64,000 bases of DNA from an uncultured Lachnospiraceae bacterium (GCA_910586605.1 CAJUJR010000002.1:4473-68472), one strand, 5' to 3'. Shown: positions 1 to 10,277, numbered from the stretch's first letter. The notes: generated by a model not told the origin, from the sequence alone. Numbers and translations are program-made.

Positions 1-2
1 TG

Positions 3-812
3 CGCTTTCAGATGATTCCAAAAATCTGGCCAGAATTAAAGTATATACAGGCAATTGGAGGAAAGGCATATCCATATTATTCCCGGCAATTAGAAAAATA
101 TAAAGGGGATATTCCAATCCATCATTTTGTATATGGGGCATCTGAGGGGATTTTTGGCATTGCAGCGAAGATGGATAAGCCAGATTCTTATATTTTATTC
201 CCAGAAGCTGGATTCTTTGAATTTCTTCCGCTGGAAGGAGGGGATAGCACGCGTCCGCTTTGTCTGTGGGAACTTAAACAAGGCGGGCGTTATGAAGTTT
301 TATTTACCAATCATTCTGGTCTATACCGTTACCGGATGCGGGATGTAATCAAGGTGGTTGGCTGGTATTATAAAACCCCAGTTGTCCGTTTCTGCTACCG
401 GGAAAATATGGTTATGAACCTGGCAGGGGAAAAAAGCAACCTAGAGCAGCTTGAGGAAGCTGTAAACCGGTTTGCCAGGAAGTATAGGGTGCAGGTAAAG
501 GGGTATTGTGTACAAGAGGCATTTTCAGATGGGATGCCACAATATCTTTTTTATATGGAATGCGCTGGTAAAATGGCAGGAAATACAGAGAGGATTTTAG
601 AGGAATATTTGTGCCGTCTGAACTATGAATATAAATGCTGCAGGAAAATGAATGAAATAGGAAGGCTGCGTATTCAGTTCCTGCGTCAGGGAAGTTTTGA
701 ACGGTATGAAAAATACCTGGCAGGGAAAGGGGTTATGATGGGACAGAGTAAATTGCTGCGCCTGCTTGATACAGAGGAAAAAAGGCAGTTTTTTGCGGCC
801 GAAGTGCTGTGA
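3..812 (+). CDS. GH3 (auxin-responsive promoter) family acyl-adenylate/amido synthetase, C-terminal part (5'-partial)
   Basis: Frame is open from the window start. Motifs YGASEG, FFEFLP, T-N-x-SGLYRYR-x-x-DV and LAGEK match the GH3 family. Confidence 0.8.
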   Translation, partial: RFQMIPKIWPELKYIQAIGGKAYPYYSRQLEKYKGDIPIHHFVYGASEGIFGIAAKMDKPDSYILFPEAGFFEFLPLEGGDSTRPLCLWELKQGGRYEVLFTNHSGLYRYRMRDVIKVVGWYYKTPVVRFCYRENMVMNLAGEKSNLEQLEEAVNRFARKYRVQVKGYCVQEAFSDGMPQYLFYMECAGKMAGNTERILEEYLCRLNYEYKCCRKMNEIGRLRIQFLRQGSFERYEKYLAGKGVMMGQSKLLRLLDTEEKRQFFAAEVL

Positions 813-846
813 AGCTTTTAGGCATGGCAGAAAGGTAGGGATTATT

Positions 847-2475
847 ATGATAAAAAGAGTAACAGGGCTTGCTGGGAAGCTGACGGTTGGGATAGTTTTG
901 TTTGGTATGCTGTTAGGGACTGCAAGCAGTATTATTGGTTATCGAGAGTTTACTTCTGTGCTTGAGCAACAGTATAATGATTCTGCTTATGAGATTGCAG
1001 AAACAGCAAGGGATTATTTAAACCCTGATATGTTTGAGGCATATCTCAAAAGTGGCAAGACAGATAAAGAATATGATAGAATATTAAAAATGTTAGATGA
1101 GCTAGTGGTTTCGACAAATATTACATTGATATACGTTGCCAGTGTCGGTTCAGATTATAGGACGCTCACTTACTTGTATGATTCTATGCATCCTGACAGT
1201 GGCTTTGATCGCTATCCGTTTGGCTATACGGCAAAAGATGTTAATGAGAAATTTGTTAATAACGTAAAGAACATTATGACAAAAGGCGAGCGTGCGACCG
1301 AATATCTCTATTCTTATTCTAAGGAATCGGGTGCGCATACGACGGCGGCTATTCCTGTCTATGATTCAAAAGATAAAATTGTGGCAATGCTTTGTGTAGA
1401 GAAAAATATGACAAGACTGGAAAATGCAAGGATAGTCTATGTGCAACATGTACTGATTGGGACGTTTGTGTCAGTAGTCCTGTTTTTGCTTGGCTACAGT
1501 ATATTCCTCCGCAGGGATATGATAGCTCCAATTTTAGAAGTCACAAAAGAAGCAAAGAGGTTTGCGGATTTCAATACGCCTTCTGATACATTGCGTTCTA
1601 TCCGAAAAAAGGATGAAATTGGTGTACTTGCGAGGGCTGTCAGTAAGATGGAAACAGATATTGTTGCCTATGTTGAGAACCTGACAGCAGTTACAGCGGA
1701 AAAGGAGCGTATTGGTGCAGAACTTTCTGTTGCTACACAAATCCAGGCAGATATGCTTCCGCGTATTTTTCCGGCATTTCCAGAGCGTCCGGAAATTGAT
1801 ATCTACGCAACAATGAATCCGGCGAAGGAAGTTGGTGGAGATTTCTATGACTTTTTTATGGTGGATAGCAGGCATCTTGCCATCGTAATGGCAGATGTGT
1901 CAGGGAAAGGTGTTCCTGCGGCTCTTTTTATGGTAATTGGGAAAACGCTAATTAAGGACCATACAAAGCCAGGGAGCAAACTTGGCGATGTATTTACGGA
2001 AGTAAATAACCTGCTTTGTGAGTCCAATAGCGGAGGCTTATTTATTACAGCTTTTGAAGGGGTCTTAGACCTTGTAACTGGTGAGTTTTGTTTTGTGAAT
2101 GCAGGCCATGAGATGCCGTTTATCTCAAAAGCAGGGGGCGCTTATGAACCGTATAAGCTCCGGCCGGGGTTTGTGCTGGCAGGCATGGAGGATATGCAGT
2201 ACAAAGCTGGAAGCATGATGCTAGAACCGGGAGATAAAGTTTTCCAGTATACAGATGGAGTAACAGAGGCAACAGATTTGGATAATCAGTTGTATGGAAT
2301 GGGGCGGTTAGAGGATATCCTTGGTAGGAATGCAAAGCTGCCGCCAACAGAATTGCTGGCTGTAGTAAAAGCTGACCTTGATAAATTTGTAGGGGAGGCG
2401 CCGCAGTTTGATGATATAACAATGCTTTGCCTGGAATATAGGCAGGCGATGGAAGAAGGGAAGGGGGACAAATAA
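847..2475 (+). CDS. Membrane-bound PP2C/SpoIIE (RsbU-like) Ser/Thr phosphatase with HAMP domain
   Basis: Two TM segments, a HAMP-like DEIGVLA segment, and PP2C motifs VGGDFYDF, ADVSGKG, NAGHE, YTDGVTEA, QFDDIT. ATG at 847 follows a purine-rich RBS. Confidence 0.9.
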   Translation: MIKRVTGLAGKLTVGIVLFGMLLGTASSIIGYREFTSVLEQQYNDSAYEIAETARDYLNPDMFEAYLKSGKTDKEYDRILKMLDELVVSTNITLIYVASVGSDYRTLTYLYDSMHPDSGFDRYPFGYTAKDVNEKFVNNVKNIMTKGERATEYLYSYSKESGAHTTAAIPVYDSKDKIVAMLCVEKNMTRLENARIVYVQHVLIGTFVSVVLFLLGYSIFLRRDMIAPILEVTKEAKRFADFNTPSDTLRSIRKKDEIGVLARAVSKMETDIVAYVENLTAVTAEKERIGAELSVATQIQADMLPRIFPAFPERPEIDIYATMNPAKEVGGDFYDFFMVDSRHLAIVMADVSGKGVPAALFMVIGKTLIKDHTKPGSKLGDVFTEVNNLLCESNSGGLFITAFEGVLDLVTGEFCFVNAGHEMPFISKAGGAYEPYKLRPGFVLAGMEDMQYKAGSMMLEPGDKVFQYTDGVTEATDLDNQLYGMGRLEDILGRNAKLPPTELLAVVKADLDKFVGEAPQFDDITMLCLEYRQAMEEGKGDK

Positions 2476-2476
2476 C

Positions 2477-2884
2477 ATGGAAGAATTGACGGTAGAAGCT
2501 GTGGTTGAAAATATACCTTTGGCAACGGAATTTGTAAACAGGCAGTTAGAGGCTTTTCAATGCCCTGTGAAAGCCCGTGTGCAGATTGATATTGCGATTG
2601 ACGAGCTGTTTGGGAATATTGCCCTATATGCTTACCATCCTGAGGCAGGATCGGTGACGGTTAGGGTTGAGGTAACAGAAGAGCCGCTGGCAGTTATTAT
2701 TGCGTTTATAGATAATGGAAAACCATATGACCCATTGGCCAACCAAAACCCCGATACTGCGCTTTCAGCAGAGGAACGTGAGATTGGCGGCCTGGGGATT
2801 TTTATGGTGAAAAAAAGTATGGATGAAGTTTCATATCATTATAAAGATGGGCAGAATATTTTAACAATCAAGAAAAATATATAA
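2477..2884 (+). CDS. Anti-sigma factor Ser/Thr kinase (RsbW/SpoIIAB-like)
   Basis: Motifs DELFGNIALYAY, FIDNGKPYDP, GGLGIFMVKKSMD. Starts 1 nt after the phosphatase stop. Confidence 0.9.
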   Translation: MEELTVEAVVENIPLATEFVNRQLEAFQCPVKARVQIDIAIDELFGNIALYAYHPEAGSVTVRVEVTEEPLAVIIAFIDNGKPYDPLANQNPDTALSAEEREIGGLGIFMVKKSMDEVSYHYKDGQNILTIKKNI

Positions 2885-2937
2885 ATATGCCAAAGTAATA
2901 ATATGTTTTATGGCGCTGCAATTATTTAACAGCAGAG

Positions 2938-4374
2938 GGGATTGATTATTCCCATCCTGCATTTATTGGCAGCGATGGCAGGACGCGGATTGTGTCTATC
3001 TGGGATCAGACTGTGGAGATACTACAGGAAGGGGAACATGAACCAGAATATTTTGAATACGGCGCTGAATATACACGGGAGGACATTAACCGGGCTTTGG
3101 AGAGTGGCAATCCTTTAGAAATCGTGCCAACCCGTGATACAGATGGGCATGGGACATTTCTGGCAGGGGTAGCCTGTGGGAACGAAATGCCTGATCAGGG
3201 ATTTTCGGGGGTTGCCCCATTGGCAACAATCTGTGTTGTAAAATGTAAAGAGGCGAAACAGAACCTGCGTGATTACTATTTTATTAATTCAGATGAACCC
3301 TGTTATGCAGAAAATGATATTATGTTGGCAGTGTACTATCTTTGGAGAAAGGCTAGGAGGTTAAGAATGCCGCTGGTCGTCTGCCTTGGGATGGGAACAA
3401 ACCAAGGGGGGCACAGCATGGGCGGGATTCTTGGGAAGCTATTGTCAGATTATGGAGATTACAGGGGATTTTTAGTGGTAACAGCCGGAGGGAATGAAGC
3501 AAATGCTTCCCATCACTATATGAATGATCCTATTAGTTCAGGAAATGAGGTGGAAGTTGAAATCAGGGTTGGGAATAATGAAGGTGGATTTACGATGGAA
3601 CTTTGGGCAGCTACAACAGAATTATATTCGGTTGGGCTGATTTCTCCCGGAGGGGAATATTCTGGAAAGACACAGGCAAGGCTTGGAGAAAAAAGGCAGG
3701 TAAACTTTTTGTTTGAGGGTACGACAGTTTATATTGAATATCTGCTTGTCTCATTTGAAGATGGGGATGAATGCATCCGTATCCGTTTCCAGAACCCAAC
3801 AGAAGGAATTTGGCGTATCCGTGTTTTTAATGATGCAGGTTATTTCGGACGTTTTGATATGTGGCTTCCTATGAAAAATTTTTTGGAAGAAGGAACATAT
3901 TTCCTGAGGGCAAATCCAGATACGACAATTTGTGATCCTGGAAACAATACAGGGATTATTACATTTTCTTTTTATGATTCCTTGAACCATTCAGTCGTAA
4001 TTGAATCCAGCAGGGGTTATACAAGAGATATGGCGATTAAGCCAGATATGTCCGCGCCGGGAGTAGATATCTACGGGACGCTTCCGTTTGCAGGAAATTA
4101 CCCAATAGGGGAGGAAGAACGTAACAACAGGGCGCGTTATGGTTATCGCAGCGGCTCTAGTGAGGCGGCTGCAGTAGGGTCGGGCGCAGCAGCCCTTCTT
4201 GCAGAATGGGCGTTTATTTATAAAAATGATATTGCAATGGATACACAGAAAGCGAAAAAATATCTTATCCGGGGGGCAGACCGGACAGGGATTACCGTTC
4301 CGAACCGTGCTTGGGGGAATGGTACGTTGAATTTATATGATACATTTGATTGGCTTCGTTCCCCACAGGCATAG
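2938..4374 (+). pseudogene. Csp-type (spore germination) S8 subtilisin-like protease, 3' portion only; prodomain and catalytic Asp missing
   Basis: In-frame GIDYSHPAF...TRIVSIWDQT from 2938, His motif DTDGHGTFLAG, AGGNE, IKPDMSAPG, Ser region SGSSEAAA, WGNG. An in-frame TAA lies at 2899-2901 and no D-T-G motif precedes GIDY. Confidence 0.75.
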
Positions 4375-4404
4375 GTCTGCTAGGGCAGGAAATAGGATGG
4401 GTTG

Positions 4405-4632
4405 TCAGATGGAAGGCTTCTGGTTTTCCAACAGCTTGTAATCGCGCAGGATAACCTGATATCGCAGGTTGGCAGCGTTTAATTCGTAGATATAGCTGTC
4501 GATTAATTCAGGTTCTTTTACATTGGAAAGCCCAACATAGGCGTCTTCCAGGCTTCTTTGGGCATCCAGCAGTGCCTTTTTCAGAAAAACTTCCTTTTTG
4601 GGGAGTTTTTCTTTTTTCCATATGGTTTTCAT
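4405..4632 (-). CDS. yaaL: YaaL/DUF2508 family protein
   Basis: EPELIDSYIYELNAA..RY motif, AAAGGGG RBS before the ATG at 4632, adjacent to bofA. Confidence 0.8.
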   Translation of the reverse strand: MKTIWKKEKLPKKEVFLKKALLDAQRSLEDAYVGLSNVKEPELIDSYIYELNAANLRYQVILRDYKLLENQKPSI

Positions 4633-4885
4633 AGCCAGTCCCCCTTTGTACCGTTCATTACATTGATAATTGTGTTTTATAAGATAAGTATAGACGCCTG
4701 ATTCCAAAAATATGCAAAAAATAATTTCAAACATGCCTTAAGAAAGCTTTTTGGAAAATCAAAGATGGATAGGACTTATCAAAATATAAAACAGGACAAA
4801 CAGGAATGAAAAAAATATTTATGGCATAGTGTTATAGAAAGATAGTACTTGTCAGTATCTGACAACTTAATGAAAGGGGTATGTG

Positions 4886-5158
4886 ATGGAAAATACCATG
4901 TTTATTCTGTTGTTTATTGGTGGTTTTCTGGTTTTTTTGGGTTCTATGGGTGTGGATGTAATCAGGCTGGTATTAAATTTCCTGGCAAGATGCCTGCTAG
5001 GGCTTGTGGTTATTTACATTGCCAATTATCTGCTGGAATATTTTGGTGGAAATTTTGCTGTAAATATTAATGAAATTACAATAGGTGTTTCAGGTATCTT
5101 GGGGATTTGGGGCGTAATCCTGCTCTATGCGCTGCAGTATTATTTTACAATTACATAG
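4886..5158 (+). CDS. bofA: Pro-sigmaK processing inhibitor BofA family protein
   Basis: Small hydrophobic protein with IN..T..VSGILGIWG motif, next to yaaL. Confidence 0.75.
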   Translation: MENTMFILLFIGGFLVFLGSMGVDVIRLVLNFLARCLLGLVVIYIANYLLEYFGGNFAVNINEITIGVSGILGIWGVILLYALQYYFTIT

Positions 5159-5195
5159 TAAAAAATTTATGAAAAACTGCCAAAAAATGCGGCGC

Positions 5196-5224
5196 TTGAC
5201 AGCAGAAAGGAGGTTTGCTATAGT
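5196..5224 (+). promoter_or_regulatory. SigA-type promoter of the tad cluster
   Basis: TTGACA (5196-5201), 17-bp spacer, TATAGT (5219-5224) with an extended -10 TG. Confidence 0.7.
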
Positions 5225-5247
5225 GACGGCACGTCCCACGAAAGGAG

Positions 5248-5769
5248 GTGTTGTTTCTGGGGGAAGCTGTTTTGGGTGGGCTGCTTTTGGCAGCGGCTGC
5301 CTGTGATTGGAAGAAGGGGAAGATTCCAAATGCGCTGATACTTTTTGGATGGTGTGCAAGCCTGGTATTTGCTTTTTGGCAGAATGGGGGAAAAGGGTTG
5401 CTTGAAAGGGCAGCCACAATTCTTTTGGTTTTGTCAACTGGTTTTTTCATTTTTTCTGTACATATGGCTGGGGCAGGGGATATCAAGCTCTGTTCTGTGA
5501 TTGGCGGAATGCAGGGATTGCTATCTTGTATGGATATCCTGGTAGTGTCAGCAATATTGGCAGGAGGCTTTTCGCTTTTTAAATTAATCAGGAAACGAAT
5601 GCTTACAGAAAGGCTTCTTTATGCATGGTTGTATTTTACGGCGGGAAGGGCAGGCAGGAAGCCATATTATGAGAAAAGCAGGGATGGGGCAGATTGTACA
5701 ATACTGTTGGCGCCATTTCTGGCAGCAGGTTATTTATTGATAGTACTGAGAAGGTGGGGAGGAATGTGA
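5248..5769 (+). CDS. A24 family prepilin peptidase (CpaA/TadV)
   Basis: D.K.GKIPN and GAGDIKL aspartate motifs, multiple TM segments, AAAGGAGG RBS. Confidence 0.85.
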   Translation: MLFLGEAVLGGLLLAAAACDWKKGKIPNALILFGWCASLVFAFWQNGGKGLLERAATILLVLSTGFFIFSVHMAGAGDIKLCSVIGGMQGLLSCMDILVVSAILAGGFSLFKLIRKRMLTERLLYAWLYFTAGRAGRKPYYEKSRDGADCTILLAPFLAAGYLLIVLRRWGGM

Positions 5770-6707
5770 TGAAAAAGATACAAGTCGCTTTGTATGACAA
5801 AAAAGGGTATATGCCATGCCTTGTTGGCTATCTCTGTAAAAAGGGGCGGGGCATCCTTGAGGCAAGGCTTTTTTCTAGCCTGGAGATGCTTACAGAGTGT
5901 GCAGAAGCTGGTAATATTGATGTGCTTTTGGCTGGGGAAGAGGTGGCAGGGGAACTTCATGGGCTGGCTGGGAAGATTTCCAGGATTATGCTTTTATCAG
6001 AAGGGAATCAGGTAAAAGAAGCCTCTGAATATTACCTTTTATTCAAATATCAGCCGGCCCAGGAAATTGTAAAAGAGGTTTTGGAACAGATTGCAGAGGA
6101 TGATAACATTGCTTTTACAAAAGCATTTTCTCAGAGAAGGGCAGTTGATTTTATTGGTGTATATGCCCCGTTTGGCGGCAGCGGCGTAACCGAGTATGCA
6201 GTTTCGCTGGCAGGGAAACTTGCAGAAAAAGGAAAAGTTTTGTATATCAGTTTAGAACAATTTCACAGCCTGGATTTTTTGCAGGAGAAAAAGAAAGAAA
6301 CTATTTCTTATAGAGGGATGTCAGAAGTGGTTTTTTATTTAAAACAACGGAAAGAAAAGCTTGCTTTGAAACTGGAAACGGTAGTCGCTTCCTGGTCGGG
6401 GGCAGATTATATTTTTGCAGTGGAGGATTACAGGGATTTATATTCGCTGAGCAGTGAAGATGTGCATCAATTTTTAAATGTGCTATCAGGGCAGACAGAT
6501 TATGAAACTGTTATATTTGACATTGGCTTTCTGAGCGAGGCGGCGCTTGCGTTGATGGAACACTGTAACATGCTTTATATGCCGTATGCAAAGACAAAAC
6601 AGCAAAAGTCAAAGGAAGCTGCATTTTGGAGGCTGTTGGATCGTGGGAACTATGGGAGGTTGGCAGAACATTTCCAGAGGATTGAAGGAAATGGGGGTGG
6701 GGTATGA
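5769..6707 (+). CDS. CpaE/TadZ-like (MinD/ParA-related) pilus assembly protein
   Basis: N-terminal receiver-like part, deviant Walker A (APFGGSGVT), VLYISLE, YETVIFD. Lies directly before cpaF. Confidence 0.65.
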   Translation: MKKIQVALYDKKGYMPCLVGYLCKKGRGILEARLFSSLEMLTECAEAGNIDVLLAGEEVAGELHGLAGKISRIMLLSEGNQVKEASEYYLLFKYQPAQEIVKEVLEQIAEDDNIAFTKAFSQRRAVDFIGVYAPFGGSGVTEYAVSLAGKLAEKGKVLYISLEQFHSLDFLQEKKKETISYRGMSEVVFYLKQRKEKLALKLETVVASWSGADYIFAVEDYRDLYSLSSEDVHQFLNVLSGQTDYETVIFDIGFLSEAALALMEHCNMLYMPYAKTKQQKSKEAAFWRLLDRGNYGRLAEHFQRIEGNGGGV

Positions 6708-7936
6708 CAGAAGAGGAAGAAAAAGAAAGATGCCGTCAGATACAAGAAATAATTGTAAATGAGATAAACCGTGGAGGCAAGGTATCAGACGATGAAATTT
6801 TGGAAAGTATAGAAGAGCATGTCCTGAGAATGGGACATACGGTCTATTTGCCCGCAGGAAAAAAAGATGAGATGATCCGGGCAGTCTTTAATTCAATCCG
6901 TAAACTGGATGTTTTACAGGAAATCCTGGAAGACAGCAGTATCACAGAAATCATGGTCAATGGGCCAAATCACATTTTTATTGAAAAGGGAGGGCGGCTG
7001 CAGCCATACCCCAAAACATTTTCCAGCCGGGATAAGTTGGAGGATGTTGTACAGCAAATTGTAGGGAAAGTAAACCGCAGGGTAAATGAAGCGAATCCGA
7101 TTGCGGATGTCAGGCTGCTAGATGGCTCTAGGGTAAATGTTGTGCTGCCGCCGATTGCGCTGGACGGTCCGGTGGTAACAATCCGCAAATTCCCAGATAA
7201 GCCGATATCAATGGAAAGCCTAATAGGGCTTGGTTCACTTACAGAAGAAACGGCAGGCTTCCTTAAAAAATTGGTAAAAGCGAAGTATAACTTTTTTATC
7301 AGTGGCGGGACAGGCAGTGGAAAGACTACTTTTTTAAATGCCCTATCAGAATATATTCCTTCGGAAGAGCGGCTGATTGTAATTGAGGATGCCGCTGAAC
7401 TCCAAATCAGGGGGATTCCAAACCTTGTTAGGCTGGAAGTGCGCAACGCCAATATTGAGGGGAAAAATGCTGTTACAATCCGGGACTTGATGAAATCAGC
7501 CTTGCGGATGAGGCCGGACAGAATAGTGCTTGGCGAAGTCCGGGATGCTGCGGCATGTGAGCTTTTGAATGTAATGAATACCGGGCATGACGGAAGCCTG
7601 TGCAGTGGCCATGCAAACAGCCCCAAGGATATGTTAAGCCGGCTTGAGACACTTGTGTTGACAGGGATGGATATTCCTTTATTGGCAGTGCGCAGCCAGA
7701 TAGCATCTGCAATTGATATTATTGTGCATTTGGGGCGACTTCGGGATAAATCCAGGAAGGTGTTAGAAATTGATGAGGTGATTGGGATGCAGCAGGGGGA
7801 AATCCAGATAAAGCCGCTCTTTCATTTTCAGGAAGAAGGCCAGGATGGGACAGGGCAGGTGATGGGGAAACTTTGTAAAACAGAACATTCCCTGTTTCAT
7901 CAGGAAAAACTCTATGCAGCGGGGATATCTATATGA
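6704..7936 (+). CDS. cpaF: CpaF/TadA pilus assembly ATPase
   Basis: ITEIMVNG, GGTGSGKTT, IEDAAEL, ALRMRPDRIVLGEVR, MNTGHDG. Confidence 0.95.
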   Translation: MTEEEEKERCRQIQEIIVNEINRGGKVSDDEILESIEEHVLRMGHTVYLPAGKKDEMIRAVFNSIRKLDVLQEILEDSSITEIMVNGPNHIFIEKGGRLQPYPKTFSSRDKLEDVVQQIVGKVNRRVNEANPIADVRLLDGSRVNVVLPPIALDGPVVTIRKFPDKPISMESLIGLGSLTEETAGFLKKLVKAKYNFFISGGTGSGKTTFLNALSEYIPSEERLIVIEDAAELQIRGIPNLVRLEVRNANIEGKNAVTIRDLMKSALRMRPDRIVLGEVRDAAACELLNVMNTGHDGSLCSGHANSPKDMLSRLETLVLTGMDIPLLAVRSQIASAIDIIVHLGRLRDKSRKVLEIDEVIGMQQGEIQIKPLFHFQEEGQDGTGQVMGKLCKTEHSLFHQEKLYAAGISI

Positions 7937-8661
7937 GAAAAATTGATGGTAAGAAAATATATGCAAAAGGGTTTGGGAAAGGCTTTATAAAGGCAGCGTC
8001 CATTAGTTATCTATTTTACCGGAATCTATGGATAAGCCTGGTTCTGTCATCAGGGTTTGGGCTTGCTTCTGCTTTTCTGGAGAAGAAGGAGTACCATAGG
8101 AAGCAGTGTTATGAAATCAATTTGCAGTTCAGGGAAGGGCTATATGGGATTGCAGCAGCGCTTGGGGCAGGTTATGCAATGGAAAATGCGGTGGAAGAAG
8201 CAAGGAAAGATTTGGCGCTTTTATATGGGGAAGATTCACTTTTGGCGACAGAGTTTCTCTGGATGGAACAGAAGTTGGAACTGAACCAGCCGTTGGAAAA
8301 AGTATTTCTGGAGTTTGCAGAACATTGGAAGTCAGAAGATATTATGCATTTTGTACAGGTGCTCCAAACTGCGAAGCGTACAGGAGGTGATTTAATAGCA
8401 GTTACAAGGATGGCTGCAGAAAAGATTGGGGAAAAAATTGAAGTGAAAAGGGAAATCCATACAATGATTGCAGGAAAGAAAATGGAAGGGCGTATTATGA
8501 ATATGATACCTCCAGGGATTATCCTTTATTTCTGGCTGAGTTCCCCAGGGTTTCTTGACTGCCTTTATAAGGCTTCTGGAAGAGTGGTTATGACGGTATT
8601 ATTAGCGCTTTATCTTTTTGCGTATTGGTGGAGTGGGAGAATTAGTGATATACAGGTGTAG
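7933..8661 (+). CDS. tadB: TadB-like (type II secretion F domain) inner membrane protein
   Basis: AGYAMENA and KRTGGDL motifs with TM helices, follows cpaF. Confidence 0.85.
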   Translation: MRKIDGKKIYAKGFGKGFIKAASISYLFYRNLWISLVLSSGFGLASAFLEKKEYHRKQCYEINLQFREGLYGIAAALGAGYAMENAVEEARKDLALLYGEDSLLATEFLWMEQKLELNQPLEKVFLEFAEHWKSEDIMHFVQVLQTAKRTGGDLIAVTRMAAEKIGEKIEVKREIHTMIAGKKMEGRIMNMIPPGIILYFWLSSPGFLDCLYKASGRVVMTVLLALYLFAYWWSGRISDIQV

Positions 8662-8710
8662 GGGGATGGGGAGTTTCTGTTAATTGAACATATTGTATAA
8701 GGAGGGGGAA

Positions 8711-10177
8711 ATGGCAGGTGAAATTTGTTTTATTATTTTTATCCTGTCTGCTGGATATTTTCTTTGGGCAGACAGGTTTTGGAAGGGGGATGGGAGGGCA
8801 GAAGCGGAGGGGTGGGCAAAGGGAAAAAGCTGGTATCATATTTTTGCTAATGGCGTTTTGTTTCTTCTGTCAGTTGGGAGAGAGCATTTCGGCATACAGT
8901 TAAAAGGGGAGCGGCTGGAGATAATGAAAAAGCTTTATGTCGGGAAAGGGGAAAAGGATATCTATTTTGCCCATTATATCAAAAGCGGCTCTGTTTTATC
9001 AGCAACGATAATGCTTTGCCTTTTATCTGTTTCCATAGGAGGGCTGGTGGTGCAGGAGGGACAGCTTTTGGAGGGATATTTCCTAAAGAGGGAGGGTGTT
9101 TTGGGGCAGGAAAAAACAGTTGCCTTATCAGCCTCTATGGATGGGGAAGAAAAAGAAGTTTCCATAGAAGTGCCCCATATCCAATATAGTACAAAGGAGC
9201 TTCCTGTGAAGTTCCAAGAAGCGAAGGATTATGTAAAGCACAGTTATTTAGGGGAAAACAGTTCACCAGAACAGATTATGGAACCGCTTTATCTTGCAGA
9301 AAGGATTCCTGGCAGTGCGATTGAAGTAGAGTGGCAGCTTGGGGCAGACGGGATTATCCAGGAGGATGGAAGCCTTTCAAATGAAGAGCTGGATAAGGGA
9401 TGCCAGACAGAAATTACTGCAGTTTTTACATATGGGGAAGAGACAGAATTGATGGCGTTGCAGATAACTGTTTTGCCCAAAAAGAAAACAGAAAAAGAGA
9501 AGGGGTGGGAGAGATGGGAACAGTGCATGGAAGAAGCACAAGAGGAAAGTAGTACGCAAGAATACCTAGAGCTTCCAGGGCAGGTGGATGGAAAGGAGAT
9601 AAGTTATAAGGAACGGCAAATAAATATTGCAAATGTAATATTAGGGCTTTCCTTCTTTGCGGTTGCTGCAATATTTCTGTTCCAGGAAGAAAAGCTGAGG
9701 AAGGGGATTGCAGAAAGGGAAAAGGAGATGCGCGCAGATTATCCGGAATTTGCCGAATATTTTGTATTGCTGATTGGAGCTGGGATGAGCATTAAAGGGG
9801 CATGGGAGAGGATTGTACGCGATTATCAAGAGACAAAACGTGCAGAAAAGAAACACTATGTCTATGAAGAGATGATGGTATCTGTTTATGAAATGGAAAA
9901 TGGAATGGCAGAAGCCCGTGCATATGAACTTTTTGGGAAAAGGACAGGGCTTTTGCAGTATATGAAATTTTGTACGATGATAGTACAGAACCTTAGGAAA
10001 GGTTCAGAAGATTTGTTGGTTCTTTTGGAGTATGAAGTAGACGATGCTTTCCGTGAAAGGAAAGAGGCTGCAAAAGCATTGGGAGAGGAGGCAGGCACAA
10101 AGCTGCTAATGCCTATGATGCTTATGCTTGTAATTGTTTTTGCAATGATATTGTATTCTGCTTTTTACAACATGTAG
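8711..10177 (+). CDS. tadC: TadC-like membrane protein with large extracellular insert
   Basis: C-terminal T2SSF domain (LLIGAGMSIKGAW, QNLRKG, GEEAGTKLLMPM). Confidence 0.8.
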   Translation: MAGEICFIIFILSAGYFLWADRFWKGDGRAEAEGWAKGKSWYHIFANGVLFLLSVGREHFGIQLKGERLEIMKKLYVGKGEKDIYFAHYIKSGSVLSATIMLCLLSVSIGGLVVQEGQLLEGYFLKREGVLGQEKTVALSASMDGEEKEVSIEVPHIQYSTKELPVKFQEAKDYVKHSYLGENSSPEQIMEPLYLAERIPGSAIEVEWQLGADGIIQEDGSLSNEELDKGCQTEITAVFTYGEETELMALQITVLPKKKTEKEKGWERWEQCMEEAQEESSTQEYLELPGQVDGKEISYKERQINIANVILGLSFFAVAAIFLFQEEKLRKGIAEREKEMRADYPEFAEYFVLLIGAGMSIKGAWERIVRDYQETKRAEKKHYVYEEMMVSVYEMENGMAEARAYELFGKRTGLLQYMKFCTMIVQNLRKGSEDLLVLLEYEVDDAFRERKEAAKALGEEAGTKLLMPMMLMLVIVFAMILYSAFYNM

Positions 10178-10228
10178 TAGTAACAAGAATTGCTGTTGTT
10201 TACAGTTGCATAGGCAGATGGGGCAATG

Positions 10229-10262
10229 GTGTGTTTGGAATGAATTTTCAAACACGCTCTAG
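10229..10262. repeat. Copy of the dispersed CTAGAGCGTGTTTGAAAATT repeat (collapsed inverted pair)
   Basis: GTGTGTTTGGAA..TTTTCAAACACGCTCTAG. Related copies at 14835-14854, 25158-25170, 27265-27283, 36439-36454, 40609-40628, 41438-41460 and 45552-45571. Confidence 0.7.
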
Positions 10263-10277
10263 GGAAAGGAGGAACAT

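Noticed and set aside
2992..4374. Treating the 460-aa ORF as a complete S8 protease starting at GTG 2992
   Set aside because: Homology continues 18 codons upstream of this GTG and the catalytic Asp motif is missing, so this start is unlikely to be the true one.
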